Made by a program: the position numbers and the translations under genes. Positions 28,105 through 41,338 of a stretch of DNA of 64,000 nucleotides are shown here, one piece after another (the first letter of the stretch is position 1; each line of letters starts with the position of its first letter). The DNA comes from Octopus vulgaris (lineage: Eukaryota), in the NCBI GenBank assembly GCA_951406725.2, contig OX597834.1, forward strand, positions 40,114,001 through 40,178,000. The letters run 5' to 3'. The notes under the pieces were generated by a model that saw only the letters and a list, made by a program, of their open reading frames with translations, was not told the DNA's origin and did not search any database.

Positions 28105-29020
28105 TATAAAGTCAAGAAAGTTCTTGCAGTTTTTAACCTTTAAATTCAGATGCACATATCTCGGCTCGAACAAAATTTTATTAATCAAAATAAACACCAT
28201 CAGAATCAACACACTTTTGCCAACACGAAACCAGTTTATTTATGCCAGTAGCATAAAAATCCTGCATTCTGGTGGTGATGAAGTCGTTGAAGGCGTTTTT
28301 GCCATCGTCTTGGTTTTTCAAGCATTTCTCATGCAGGAAGTTGTCGAGATACTTGAAAAAGTGGTAGTCGGGAGGAAAAAGGTCTGGTGAGTATGGTGGA
28401 TGAGGCAGAGTTTCGTAGCCCAATTTGTTCAACTTCTACAGGGTCAGTTGTGCAACATGCAGCCGAGCATTGTGAAAAAGAATTGGTCCTTTTCTATTGA
28501 CCAATGCTGGCTGTTGTTGTCAGAGTTTCTTATGCATTTCATCCATTTGCTGAGAGTATTTCTCTGCCGTAATGGTTTCACCTGGATCCAAAAAGCTGTG
28601 ATGGATGAGACCGGCCGCAGACCACCAAACAGTCACCATGACCTTCTTTTGGTGCAACTTTGGCTTTGGGAAGTGCCATGGAGCTTCATTGGCATCCAAC
28701 CACTGAGCTGATCGTTGACGGTTGCCGTAAAGAATTCACTTTTCATTGCAAGTCACAATCTGCTCAAGAAATGGGTCATTCTTGTTGCATAAAAGAAGGG
28801 AAGACAACGCTTCAAAATGGCATTTTTCTTTGGTTGGCGTTCAATTCGTGTGGCACCCATTTCTCAAGTATTTTTATTTTTCCAATCTCTTTCAAGTGGT
28901 TGGAAATTGTCGTATACGTTACGTCTAATTCAGAAGCAAGCTCTCGAACAGTTGCGAGTTGATTGGCTTCCACTAAGGTTCTTAGTTGATCATTGTCAAC
29001 ATCCGATGGCTGACCACCCT
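28105..29020 (-). mobile_element. mariner transposon, Hsmar1-like (cecropia-type), 5'-truncated transposase pseudogene
   Basis: Minus strand QPSDVDNDQLRTLVEAN...KWVPHELN...FLEQIVTCNEK*ILYGN...QWLDANEAPWHFPKPKLHQKKVMVTVWWSAAGLIHHSFLDPGETITAEKY...NRKGPILFH-NARLH...LPHPPYSPDLFPPDYHFFKYLDNFL...WQKCVDSDGVYFD* (stop at 28181). WVPHEL and YSPDL motifs present; at least 3 stops and 1 frameshift; decayed TIR-like AAAGTTCTTGCAGTTTT at about 28117. Confidence 0.97.
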
Positions 29021-29943
29021 CTAGTATTTGTCCTTTTCTCTCCTAGCAGATAATGATGAGGATGATGATGAAGATGATACTGTTTGTATCAGTCATTAGT
29101 CATGGTTAAAATTAACTCTTTCCTTGCACTGCTCGACTGATTATGCAAATGATTAAGCCATGACCAACTCCACTAGGTATTTCTTCCACTTCTTAGCAAC
29201 ACTCCCTGAAGGCCCAGATGCCTTCCCAACCTTCATGTCTTTCATTGCACTATTCACTATACTGCTGTCAACATTCAATAGCTGGTCCCTCTTTTGAGTC
29301 TACTTGGAACCGCCCCTCTCTCTCCCTCTCTCTCATGCATTCTCTTCATTTAACAACCCCTTCTCTGAGCAATTCCATACCATTTTCCCCATTTTTCCTT
29401 TTGACAGTAGCGAAAGCATGCCGTACCACTATCATTCCATGCTCATTCCTTATTTCTTTACTGCCCACAAGGGGCTAAACACAGAGGGGACAAACAAGGA
29501 CAGACGAATGGATTAAGTCGATTATATTGACCCCAGTACGTAACTGGTACTTATTTAATCGACCCCGAAAGGATGAAAGGCAAAGTCAACCTCGACGGAA
29601 TTTGAACTCAGAACGTAGCGTCAGATGAAAAACCGCAAAGCATTTCGCCCGGCGTTCTAACGTTTCTGCCAGCTCGCCATCTTCCATGTACATTCCTGCT
29701 TAATGATGTTTCAATTCTCTCAGTCGTACACCACCTTGCAACACACACACACACACACACACAAAGAGAGAGAGAAAAAGACAGAGTCTGAAGAAGCAAA
29801 ATACCAACTGTTTCCTTGGTTTGTTGTGTGTTGTGTCTATGTTTACAGTGCTTAACCTTGCTGTAACACGATAAGGTTAAACTTTGCTGATGCTCTTGGT
29901 GTTACAATTGCTCCTTTATACATACAAACATTACATACATACA

Positions 29944-30025
<82 letters not shown>

Positions 30026-30026
<1 letters not shown>

Positions 30027-31009
30027 TGGGAGTGGCTGTGTGGTAAGTAGCTTGCTAACCAACCACATGGTTCCGGGTTCAGTCCCACTGCGTGGCATCT
30101 TGGGCAAGTGTCTTCTGTTATAGCCCCAGGCCAACCAATGCCTTGTGAGTGGTTTTGGTAGACGGAAACTGAAAGAAGCCTGTCATATATATGTATATAT
30201 ATGTGTGTGTGTGTGTGTATGTGTTTGTGTCTGTGTATATATACACACACACACACAGTGCATATATATATGATATATATATAAATTTAATTTTTATATA
30301 TATATATTATTTATATATATAAATTTATATAAGGATAACTCTTTTACTCTTTTACTTGCTTCAGTTATTTGACTGTGGCCATGCTGGAGCACCACCTTTA
30401 GTCGAGCAAATCGACCCCAGGACTTATTCTTTGTAAGCCTAGTACTTATTCTATCAGTCTCTTTTGCCGAACCACTAAGTTATGGGGACGTAAACACACC
30501 AGCTTCAGTTGTCAAGTGATATTGGGAAGACGAACACAGACACAAACATATACACACACACATACATACATATATATATATACATATATACAACGGGCTT
30601 CTTTCAGTTTCCGTCTACCAAATCCTTTCACAAGGCTTTGATCAATCTGAGGCTATGGTAGAAGATACTTGCCCAAGGTGCCACGCAGTGAGACTGAAAC
30701 CGGAACCAATCACCCCCTTTTGGCTACCCCATTGTCACCTCAGCTTTTTTCAACACCCTCCAGGGGAGGCAGTACCACCCACTTTGAGAACCCCAGCTTT
30801 ACAGTATATCATCTGGCTCAAACCCTACCTGCCTGAAGATCCTACTCCAACGTTGATCCCAAGTTTAGTCATGGTAACCAAAGTTCCCTTAGTCTGCTTA
30901 ATGATGGAATAGAAGGCAAGGACCCTCCCAGATCATATAGAGTGGGCTGGAGAAGACACCCATGCACAGGATTTTCCCAGGGGCAGACCACTGCTAGCCT
31001 AAACTCGGC

Positions 31010-31074
<65 letters not shown>

Positions 31075-31592
31075 GTGGTGCATATAATGGATACAACAAG
31101 TCCCTTTAAGATATATATGCACACAAGAATCATTAACAAGAGGCAAAGCAAAAGATGGCAGTTGTTATTAAAACTACATAGGTGCAGGAGTGGCTGTGTG
31201 GTAAGGAGCTTGCTTACCAACCACATAGTTCCGGGTTCAGTCCCACTGCGTGGCATCTTGGGCAAGTGTCTTTTACTATAGCCTTGGGCCGACCAAAGCC
31301 TTGTGAGTGGATTTGGTAAACGGAAACTGAAAGAAGCCCGTCGTATATATGTATATATATATATATGTATGTGTGTTTGTTTGTGTGTCTGTGTTTGTCC
31401 CCCTAGCATTGCTTGACAACCGATGCTGGTGTGTTTATGTCCCCGTAACTGAGCGGTTCGGCAAAAGAGACCGATAGAATATGTACTGGGCTTAAAAAGA
31501 ATAAGTCCCGGGGTCGAGTTGCTCGATTAAAGGCAGTGCACCAGCATGGCCACAGTCAAAATGACTGAAACAAGTAAAAAGAGAGAAAGAGA
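30026..31592. mobile_element. Cluster of three family A SINEs in alternating orientation
   Basis: Copies at 30026-30240(+), 30338-30708(-) and 31179-31592(+). Confidence 0.9.
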
Positions 31593-31878
31593 GGACATTC
31601 ACCATTCTCCATTTCTTCATTCTTTGCAGAGTTAAATGGTAAAGAAAAACATGGAATTGTCACAATATCACTGAAATATTTCAGAGCAATAAACAGTTCC
31701 CATTATATATATATATATCCATGTATGTATGTATAGAGATGTGTGCATGTGTTTATATATATATATATATATGAAATGGTGTATATTATGTTATATATAT
31801 TTGTGTATATAATGTTATACAGCAGTAACTGGTTTAGAGTGAATTTCCGTTTTGACATCACATCATCTCCGTCTTTTC

Positions 31879-31928
<50 letters not shown>

Positions 31929-32214
31929 CGTGTGTGTGTGTGTGCATGTGAGTCAGTGTTTATGTGTACGTCTGTGTGTGTGTGCCGGTGTGTGTACATG
32001 TGTCAGTGTGTGTGTGTGTGTGTGTGTATGTGAATGAATGCATATGTGGTATAAGCATATGTGTGTGTGTGTGTGTGTGTGAATGTATGTATAAGTGCAT
32101 ATATCAGTATATATTTGCACCAGAGTGTATGTAAGTGCACATGGCCGTATGTGTATATGCATGAGTGTGCATGTATCCCAATATGTGTATATGTGTGTCT
32201 GTGTAGCTACATAC

Positions 32215-32250
<36 letters not shown>

Positions 32251-33049
32251 ATATATATATATACATATATATATATATACATAAATATATATATATACAT
32301 ATATATACATAAATATATATATATACATATATATACATATATACATATATATACATAAATATATATATATATATATATATACACATACCTAAATATATAT
32401 ATACCTAAATATATATATATACCTAAATATATATATATTTATATATATATATATACCTAAATATATATATATACCTAAATATATATAAATATACCTAATA
32501 ATATATATATAGACATAAATATATATATATACCTAAATATATATATAGACATAAATATATATATAGACATAAATATATATATAGACATAAATATATATAT
32601 AGACATAAATATATATATAGACATAAATATATATATATATCATAAGCAAAGAGCGACGTTTTACATATTATATTGTGAAGGTTTAATAGAGAACAGAATC
32701 CCCATCCCTGCGCCTTCACCACCACCACCACAACTATTTCTGTCGTCCGTCCCCGCCAAGAACACATTATCTATCCCTCTATTACTTTCATTCGTGTTTG
32801 TTGATTGTTTGGTTGTTTGTGTGGTGATTTTTTTTTGTCTGTGTTTTGTTAATTTGTTTTGTTTTGTTATTTTTTTACTATTTTTTTTTTGTTTCTTCGA
32901 CAGAGAATGGAAAAGAAAAGCTGGGTGTTTCTTTACGTGAAGCAACAGTGAGATGGGATGTGTGTGGGGGAGGGGGGAGAGGGGGGAATAGAACCGATTG
33001 GGAAGAGAAAATGGAAACTGCTTTCTTCAGAATGGTAAATGCAAAGATT

Positions 33050-33485
33050 CTTGAGACAGAGAGAGAGAGAAAGAGTGAGAAGCAGTTATCTAAGGGAGAG
33101 TTATTAAAGGAGAGCTAAAAATTAGAAAGAGAGAAGGTGAGATGGGAGAGAGAAAGGAGAGATGGAGGACAAAGAGAGAGAGAGAAAGGCAGGAGAGAGA
33201 GACAAGAAGGAGAGAGAGAAAGGAGGGAAAGAATGAGAAAGGACAAAGAGAGAGGACAGAAAAAGTGGACAGAGAAAGAAAGGACAGAAAGAGAAGAGAG
33301 AGAGAGAGAGAGAGAATTAAAAACAGAGAGAGAGAGAGAATAAAGAACAGAGAGAGAGAGAGGATGGAGAGGAATAAAGGGAAGAGAAGAGAAAGGAAGA
33401 GGAGTGAACAGGGGAGAAGGACAGAAGGACAAAGGGGAGAGAGGGGGAAAGAAGGGGAGAGAGAAAGGAGAGAGAGAGAGAGAGA
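33050..33485. repeat. Purine-rich (GA) low-complexity tract
   Basis: Nearly all A/G on the + strand. A similar tract lies at 61190-61490. Confidence 0.9.
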
Positions 33486-35367
33486 TGAAGTAGTAAACCT
33501 ATGTCTAATAAAAGGAATCGCATATGCCAAGAGAATTGGTCAGCTTCAGTAAAAGATATTCGTGTGACTACGTAGTGACATTGTTTGTTTTGGACAGTTT
33601 AATGTCTTGTATAAAAGACGGTGATTTATGTCAGGCATGGCAACAGTCTTGTGTGGTTGTGTTTCCTGCTTTCTTCTTCGGAATGGAATCTTATGAAAAG
33701 GAATATGGAAGATCACCTTGAGTATTCCATTCTCTGCAATGCAAGATGATAAGACTATATCTAGGAAGAGACTTCTAGAACTACAAGTCTGAAGAAAAAT
33801 GTGGGCTGCAGAAGAGAGAAAAAAGGATTTGAGAAGATGCAGAGGTACTGTGTAAGGTGTTGGACTCATGATCGTAAGATTGCGGTTTCAATCCCTGGAC
33901 CAGGCAATGCATTGTATTCTTAAGCAAAACACTTCACTTCATATAGTTCCAGTTCATTTAGTTGTAGAAATGAGTACAACTAGTGGAGGCATGTTGCTTA
34001 GTCGTTAGGGTGTTGGATTCACAACTGTAAAATTGTGGTTTCAATCCCTGGACAGAGCAATCCGTTGTGTTCTTGTGCAAAACACTTCATTTCATGTTGC
34101 TCCAGTCCACTCAGCTGTAGAAATAAGTTAAGCCTGGAAAGGGATCGGCTTTGCCAGGCTTTCTTACCATAGATATGCTGCATGGTTGCAGCACTCCAAT
34201 GCCCCACCCCCACACCCAAGGGGTTAAGGGACTTGTTAATTGTCAACAAAAGGCGGCGAGCTGGCAGAAACGTTAGCACACTGGGTGAAATGTTTTGCGG
34301 TATTTCGTCTGTCTTTATGTTCAGAGTTCAAACACTGCCGAGGTCGACTTATCCTTTCAGGATTGATTAAATAAGTACCAGTTATGCACTGGGGGAGGGG
34401 GTCGATGTAATTGACTTAAACCCTTTATTTGTCCTTGTTTGTCCCCTCTGTGTTTAGCCCCCTGTGGGCAATAAAGAAATATATTGTCAACATAAGGTAC
34501 CACGCGGTGGGAGTGAACCAAAAACCTGGTGATTGCAAAAGCAAACGTCTTAACCATCAGTTGTATATTCCAACCAATAGCTGGATTTATTCCTTATACT
34601 CAAATCCTATTTAAATGTTTATGCCATCAATCTGAAACTTTTCAACCCACACAGCCAGCCACACACAGAGAAAGAAACACAGAATGAAACAGCACTCTTT
34701 GAAATGGTTGTTCTTCCATTTCACTAACTGGATCAGTTACACACAGATAATGAAGTGGAACCCCTCTTTCCATTCCACTTAATATAAAAAAAAAAAAAGG
34801 ACGAGGATGATCCCATTCAAATTCACAAGCTGTCTTCTTCGGTCCTTACATTCGAATGTTTATGAAATTAGACTTCAAACACTTTACACCTGCTAGGCAG
34901 AAGTCAATTAAGGTATCACAGCTCTTATTTGACGGAGCATGATTCCATGACTTCACTTAAGCAGTCCATTAGTTTCAATAAAACTTCTCCTTGATGTGTC
35001 GAATATTTGGTTTTATTAAAACCATGAATAACTGATGCTGCCGAAACAGTAACGAGCCCCGATGTTTAACTTCAAACCTGTACGGTGTCAATTCAATTAT
35101 GCACCTTTAACATATCATTCCTACCCACCCCAACTATTTACCTGCCCACCCACCTACCCCAGGTTAACCCGACTATGTGTCATTTTGAATGATTCATCCT
35201 TATTTATTCCGTAACATTTCAGCTCCCTCAATTCCACCATGTAATTGTATTATTTTATTTTATTTTATTTTATTTCTTCCCTTGCTAAATCACAATTACC
35301 TCCCTTCTAAGTAATCTCCTCTTCCCCTCCCCGCCCCTTCCAATTTCCTCCTCACCTCAGATTTAAA

Positions 35368-35777
35368 TTAACCCTTTTGATACCAACTTGCCTGAGATCC
35401 CATCCCTGCTTCTATGAAAAAACATTTTTGTTTTAAAGAAATCTAAATTAAAAACTTCCATCAAAATTTGAACTTATGGTTCCAAATAATAGCATAATAA
35501 TCGTTTTAAATTTTGGCTTAAGGCCAGTAGAATTTTAGGGTAGGGAATAAATTGATTACATCAACCCCAGTACTCAACTGGTACAATTTTATAAACCCCA
35601 AAAGGATGAAAGGTAAAGTTGACATTGGTGGTATTTGAACTCAAAACAAAGCTGTGCCAACAGTCCTTCTGGCTTTATAACAATGATGTTATTCTATTAA
35701 ATTCTTCATTCTTTTACAAATCAACTGAAACAAAGGCCCTTTATTCCAACAAAAAAGTGGGGGAGCAAAAGGGTTAA
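35368..35777. mobile_element. piggyBac-type MITE with TTAA target duplications and a nested SINE B fragment
   Basis: TTAA-CCCTTTTG (35368-35379) ... CAAAAGGG-TTAA (35766-35777); SINE B fragment at about 35505-35680(-). A related right end lies at about 56720-56981. Confidence 0.75.
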
Positions 35778-36840
35778 ATTGTAATTTTTCTTACATTTTT
35801 ATAATTACCATTATTATTTGTTTTAGTCACTGCATAGAAGAATTTTGGTAGAACACATCAACCCCAGGACTTATTTTCTTATTAAGCCTAGTAAGACCAA
35901 CACTGGTTGCTAAGCAGTAGCAGGGGACAAGCACAGGCAGAAGGATGCACACAGATGCAGACACACACATGACAGGCTTCATTCAGTTTCCATCTACAAA
36001 ATCCATTCACAAGGCTTTGGTCACCCAGATGCTGTATAGAAGAAGACCTTTGTGCAAAGAGCCACACAGCAGGACTGAACCTAGAATCATGTGATTGGGA
36101 AGCAATTACTATCCTTACTGATTGTAACCCAGCGGCTGCATATTCTAAACACTATTGTACCCTTGACATAACTTCTCAAGTAGGATCAGCGTCAGAGTGA
36201 CTAAGGGGTTGGCCCTTGAATAAGGACTACACCTCAGCTTGTTCTGGTGGTGGACTTTCTGAAATTCTGTCTGCTGGGGTTGAACATGAGATCTCGAGAT
36301 TGCACAGTGAACTTTTAAATATGCAGTCATACCTGAATCCATTCACACATACACACACATGTAAATACACACACATACATACATACACATATATGCATGT
36401 GCATATGTATATATACATACATACATGCATATGCTTGCACCCATATCTAAATACACACATACATATTTATACCTACACAAACATACACATATATAGATAC
36501 ACATACGCATATATATATATATATGTGCATGCATGCATATGCATGTGTGTGAGTGTGTATGCATATACACACACACATACATGCATAAATGTAGACACAC
36601 GTATACATATGTGCATGCATACACACACACACACACACACACATATACATGCATGCACACACACACACATATATTATAGACACATACACATACATGCAAA
36701 CAAGATAAAATGATAAAGGAAACCTGTAAAAAAAAATAATAAAACTACTGTAAAATATAACAAAACAAATAAGAAGTTTCATGAACAATTTTGAGTTATT
36801 TATCTTGTGAGTTCAAATCTATCGATTAGCATAACGTTTA

Positions 36841-37170
<330 letters not shown>

Positions 37171-37309
37171 ATGATGATGACGAAATAACAAAAATAATAT
37201 TCAAATGTCTAACATCGAATTTAAACGAATATTTTCTTCAACAGATATAAATTTTTTCCACTAGGATACATTTGTATTTATCTAAAGTAAATATATAACT
37301 TAAACACTA

Positions 37310-37346
37310 TGTATATACACACACATACACCTCCATACATAATATC

Positions 37347-37377
<31 letters not shown>

Positions 37378-37430
37378 TATATAGACACAAATATATATAT
37401 ACACACACATACACCTCCATACATAATATC

Positions 37431-37461
<31 letters not shown>

Positions 37462-37575
37462 TATATAGACACAAATATATATATACACACACATACACCT
37501 CCATACATAACAGCATATATATATATACACACACACACACACATACAAACACACATATAGACATAAATATATATA
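37310..37575. repeat. 84-bp higher-order repeat (3 copies) built from TA/CA microsatellite
   Basis: Marker CCTCCATACATAA at 37330, 37414 and 37498. Confidence 0.9.
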
Positions 37576-37756
37576 TCCACATCATCATCATCATCATCAT
37601 CATCATTTAGCGTCCGTTTTCCATGCTAGCATGGGTTGGACGGTTCAACTGGGGTCTGGGGAGCCCGAAGGCTGCACCAGGCCAGTCAGATCTGGCAGTG
37701 TTTCTACAGCTGGATGCCCTTCCTAACGCCAACCACTCCGAGAGTGTAGTGGGTGA

Positions 37757-38010
37757 TTTTATGTGCCACCGACACAGGTGCCAGACGAGGCTGGCGAACG
37801 GCCACGCTCGGATGGTGTTTTTATGTGCCACCGACACAGGTGCCAGACGAGGCTGGCAGACGGCCACGCTCGGATGGTGTTTTTATGTGCCACCGACACA
37901 GGTGCCAGACGAGGCTGGCAGACGGCCACGCTCGGATGGTGTTTTTATGTGCCACCGACACAGGTGCCAGATGAGGCTGGCGGACGGCCACGATCGGATG
38001 GTGTTTGTTA
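37757..38010. repeat. 62-bp GC-rich tandem array (4 near-identical copies plus degenerate ones) inside a family E element
   Basis: ATGTGCCACCGACACAGGTGCCAGA at 37761, 37823, 37885 and 37947; further variants at about 38075 and 38247. Confidence 0.95.
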
Positions 38011-38577
38011 CGTCCCCAAAGCACGGAGGCCAGTCTATGCGGTACTGGCTACGGCCACGTTCGGATGATTTTCTTGTGTGCCACCGGCACTGGTACCACA
38101 AAGATACAAATTCCATTTATGTTCATCTATTTTGATTTGATTTGATTTGATTTTCACTTGCCTCAACAGGTCTTCACAAGTGTCACAAGAAGGAAGGTAT
38201 GCACAGGTGGACTGTCTACGTCGCCGGGTCTTCGGATGGTGTCTTTATGTGCCACCGACACAGGTGCCAGATGTGGCTGGCGAACGGCCACGATCGGATG
38301 GTTTTCTTGTGTGCCACCGGTACTGGAACCACAAAGATACAAATTCCATTGATGTTCATCTATTTTGATTTGGTTTGATTTTGATTTTGATTTTTTATAT
38401 ATATATATATATATACACACATACATATATATAGACACAAATATATATATATATTCACATTGATACATGCATATAAACATACACACGCATTCATAAACAT
38501 AATTATATATTTACATATATGTATAACATATATATATATAAAACACGTATGTGTATGTATGTATATATGTATGTATG

Positions 38578-38621
<44 letters not shown>

Positions 38622-39049
38622 TATACATACATATATATACACACATACATATACCAGCATGGTAAATAGACTTTAAATTATATATATATATATATATATA
38701 TACACGCACACACACACAAACACACAATCACAACATGAAGCAGATTCTAAGAAAATCTATGTCGAGAAGAATCTAAAAATATTCTTCAATGAAGCAAATG
38801 GAAAAGAGTTTAAAGTAGCGTCTTTTTTTTAATGTCGTCTGCCATTCTGATGGGGTTGATAATAATTCTGAGCAGTTTGGTTGTTTTGTCTTATTTTTTG
38901 ACGGGTTTGACGGGTGGTGGATTAAATGGACATGAACGACTTGTTTTTTATTTATAACTTTTCTGCTTCTTCCTATAATTACCCATCACCTCTTCACAAA
39001 TCAATGAGTTTATAGCATTTACAGCAAATATTATTATTCCTGTTATATG

Positions 39050-39083
<34 letters not shown>

Positions 39084-39142
39084 TGGTAAAAACGGTAAGA
39101 TAACAAAAGAAAGAAAGAGACCTCAATATTATGTAAATAGAG

Positions 39143-39196
<54 letters not shown>

Positions 39197-39411
39197 TTAC
39201 ACACACATACATACATAGTATAGACTTATATGGTATATATATATATGTAAATAGATACACACACACGCTATATGTATACATATGTATACACAGTATATAT
39301 GTACATACATACATAAACAGTATATGTATACATATGTATACACAGTATATTATACATACATACACACACAGTATTTGTATACATTTATATACACGGTATA
39401 CAATATACATA

Positions 39412-39450
<39 letters not shown>

Positions 39451-39549
39451 ATTGTATACTGTGTATATAAATGTATACAAATACTGTGTGTATGTATGTA
39501 TGTATAATATACTGTGTATGTATGTACATATATACTGTGTATACATATA

Positions 39550-39587
<38 letters not shown>

Positions 39588-40024
39588 TACTGTATATACA
39601 TGTGTATTATGTATATTTTATATATATATATATATGGCAAAACCTTTTGACCTCATCATAAAATTTTTCTGCATACGTGACTAAAAACTTTATGTAGATT
39701 TTACAGCATCAGTTTTTTAACATAACATACATACATATATATATATATATACACGCACTATACAGTACAGTACTGAAGTAGTTTTTATTTCACTATTAAA
39801 TAACATGCTTTTCATAACGTCATTTATCAAAGTCGATGCCCATGTCCATTGTGAATGATGTAGGAACCTGTTTATCCCCATGATGACTATGGTTAATTTT
39901 ATTGCAGACACCTATGATAAAATGCTTACTCAACCTACCTGCGATACCGTAGTAGATATTATGTTGCTGTATTATGCTTCAGAAAATCTCTTGTAATATA
40001 ATTCCATTCAGGAATGATTTAACA

Positions 40025-40758
40025 TAGTGGTTCCCAAATCTTTCCAGGGTGCCACACCCTTGGTGCCCTGGCAACATTCCTAGCTCTACACCCTTCCTAC
40101 TCACCACCACAAACACAGACCGTTTTCTGCAGCAAATTAAAAAAAAACAATATTTCACAAATAAAACTTAACCTAACTAACTTGTTATTTTGTTGTTTTT
40201 CACATCCATTAACCCCCTTTTGGTCATCCCACTATCTATTTCTTTACTACCTGCATGGGGCTAAACACAGAGAGGACAAACAAGGACAGACAAACGGATT
40301 AAGTCGATTACATCGACCCCAGTGCGCAACTGGTACTTAATTTATCGACCCCGAAAGGATGAAAGGCAAAGTCGACCTCAGCGGAATTTTAACTCAGAAC
40401 GTAATGGCCAACAAAATACCTATTTCTTTACTACCCACAAGGGGCTAAACACAGAGAGGACAAACAAGGACAGACAAACAGATTAAGTCAATTACATCAA
40501 CCCCAGTGCGTAACAGGTACTTAATTTATCGACCCCGAAAGGATGAAAGGCAAAGGCGACCTCGGTGGAATTTGAACTCAGAACGTAACAGCAGACAAAA
40601 TACAGCTACGCATTTCGCCCGGCGTGCTAACATTTCTGCCACCACGCTGCCTTTTGGTCATCCCATTATCACACCACTCTTCTTCAATGCCCACCGTTTT
40701 CATGGACCTTTGCACCACCACCACCAGGGGGCAGTACTGTCTACTTTGGGAAGCACTG
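40025..40758. mobile_element. hAT (Charlie-like) MITE with a nested dimeric SINE B
   Basis: Ends TAGTGGTTCCCAAA / TTTGGGAAGCACTG; flanks ATTTAACA / GTTTAACC (6/8 match, possible TSD). SINE B dimer at 40237-40649(-) is flanked by the 21-bp duplication CCTTTTGGTCATCCCA(C/T)TATC. Confidence 0.7.
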
Positions 40759-40760
40759 GT

Positions 40761-41027
40761 TTAACCCTTCAGCATTCAGATTACTCTATTATATGTCATG
40801 CATCTTTATTCATCCTCTTTTAAACTGATCGTTCACTATCTTGTATAAAGTGTCTTATATAAACAATCTTATACAAACATCCACTATCTTATATAAACAC
40901 TCAGTCTGATTATGTACAAAACGACATTGTAAGGTAAGGTAGCAGAAGCCAAACCTGGGCAGTTTGAACACAAAATGGTTCAAATATTCTAAACCAGATA
41001 TGGCTGGTTTAAGTGCTAAAGACTTAA
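40761..41027. mobile_element. piggyBac-type MITE
   Basis: TTAA-CCCTTCAGCATT ... AGTGCTAAAGAC-TTAA; a second left end starts at 41034 and is cut off. Confidence 0.6.
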
Positions 41028-41102
41028 AGAATATTAACCCTTTAACGTTTAGATTACTCTATCAAATTGTGAAGTATATTTGCCACTTATAAGTGGCAAA
41101 TA

Positions 41103-41297
41103 TATGAAAATCCCTATGAAAATCCCTATTTCTTACAATTTTTTGACTGCTGTGTCACCATTTTTCAGTGTATTTCAACCAGAAAAATGTTCACTTAAAG
41201 AGAATAACAAGCTACAGCATGCAAAATTTTTACTTTTCAAAAATTCCAATTTTAAAGGGTCGAAACAAACCTGAGCAAGACCGGGAGATACTGCTAG
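41103..41297 (+). mobile_element. Non-autonomous Helitron, 5'-truncated copy
   Basis: Aligns with the 3' half of 46059-46443 and ends in hairpin-GATACTG-CTAG|T. Confidence 0.8.
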
Positions 41298-41301
41298 TAT
41301 G

Positions 41302-41338
<37 letters not shown>

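Noticed and set aside
32904-32947. Plus-strand exon after a long T-rich tract (ttcgacag|AGAATGG...GCAACA|gtgaga)
   Set aside because: Weak donor, no partner exons found, opposite to the supported gene, and the tract is low-complexity. Not excluded without RNA data.
33681-33733. Possible miRNA hairpin GAATGGAAT...ATTCCATTC
   Set aside because: Only about 13 bp of stem with a large loop, and no match to a miRNA I recognise.
37757-38010. CRISPR-like appearance of the 62-bp array (also the arrays at 61798-62170 and 24957-25170)
   Set aside because: Units repeat end to end with no unique spacers, there are no cas genes, and the context is eukaryotic.
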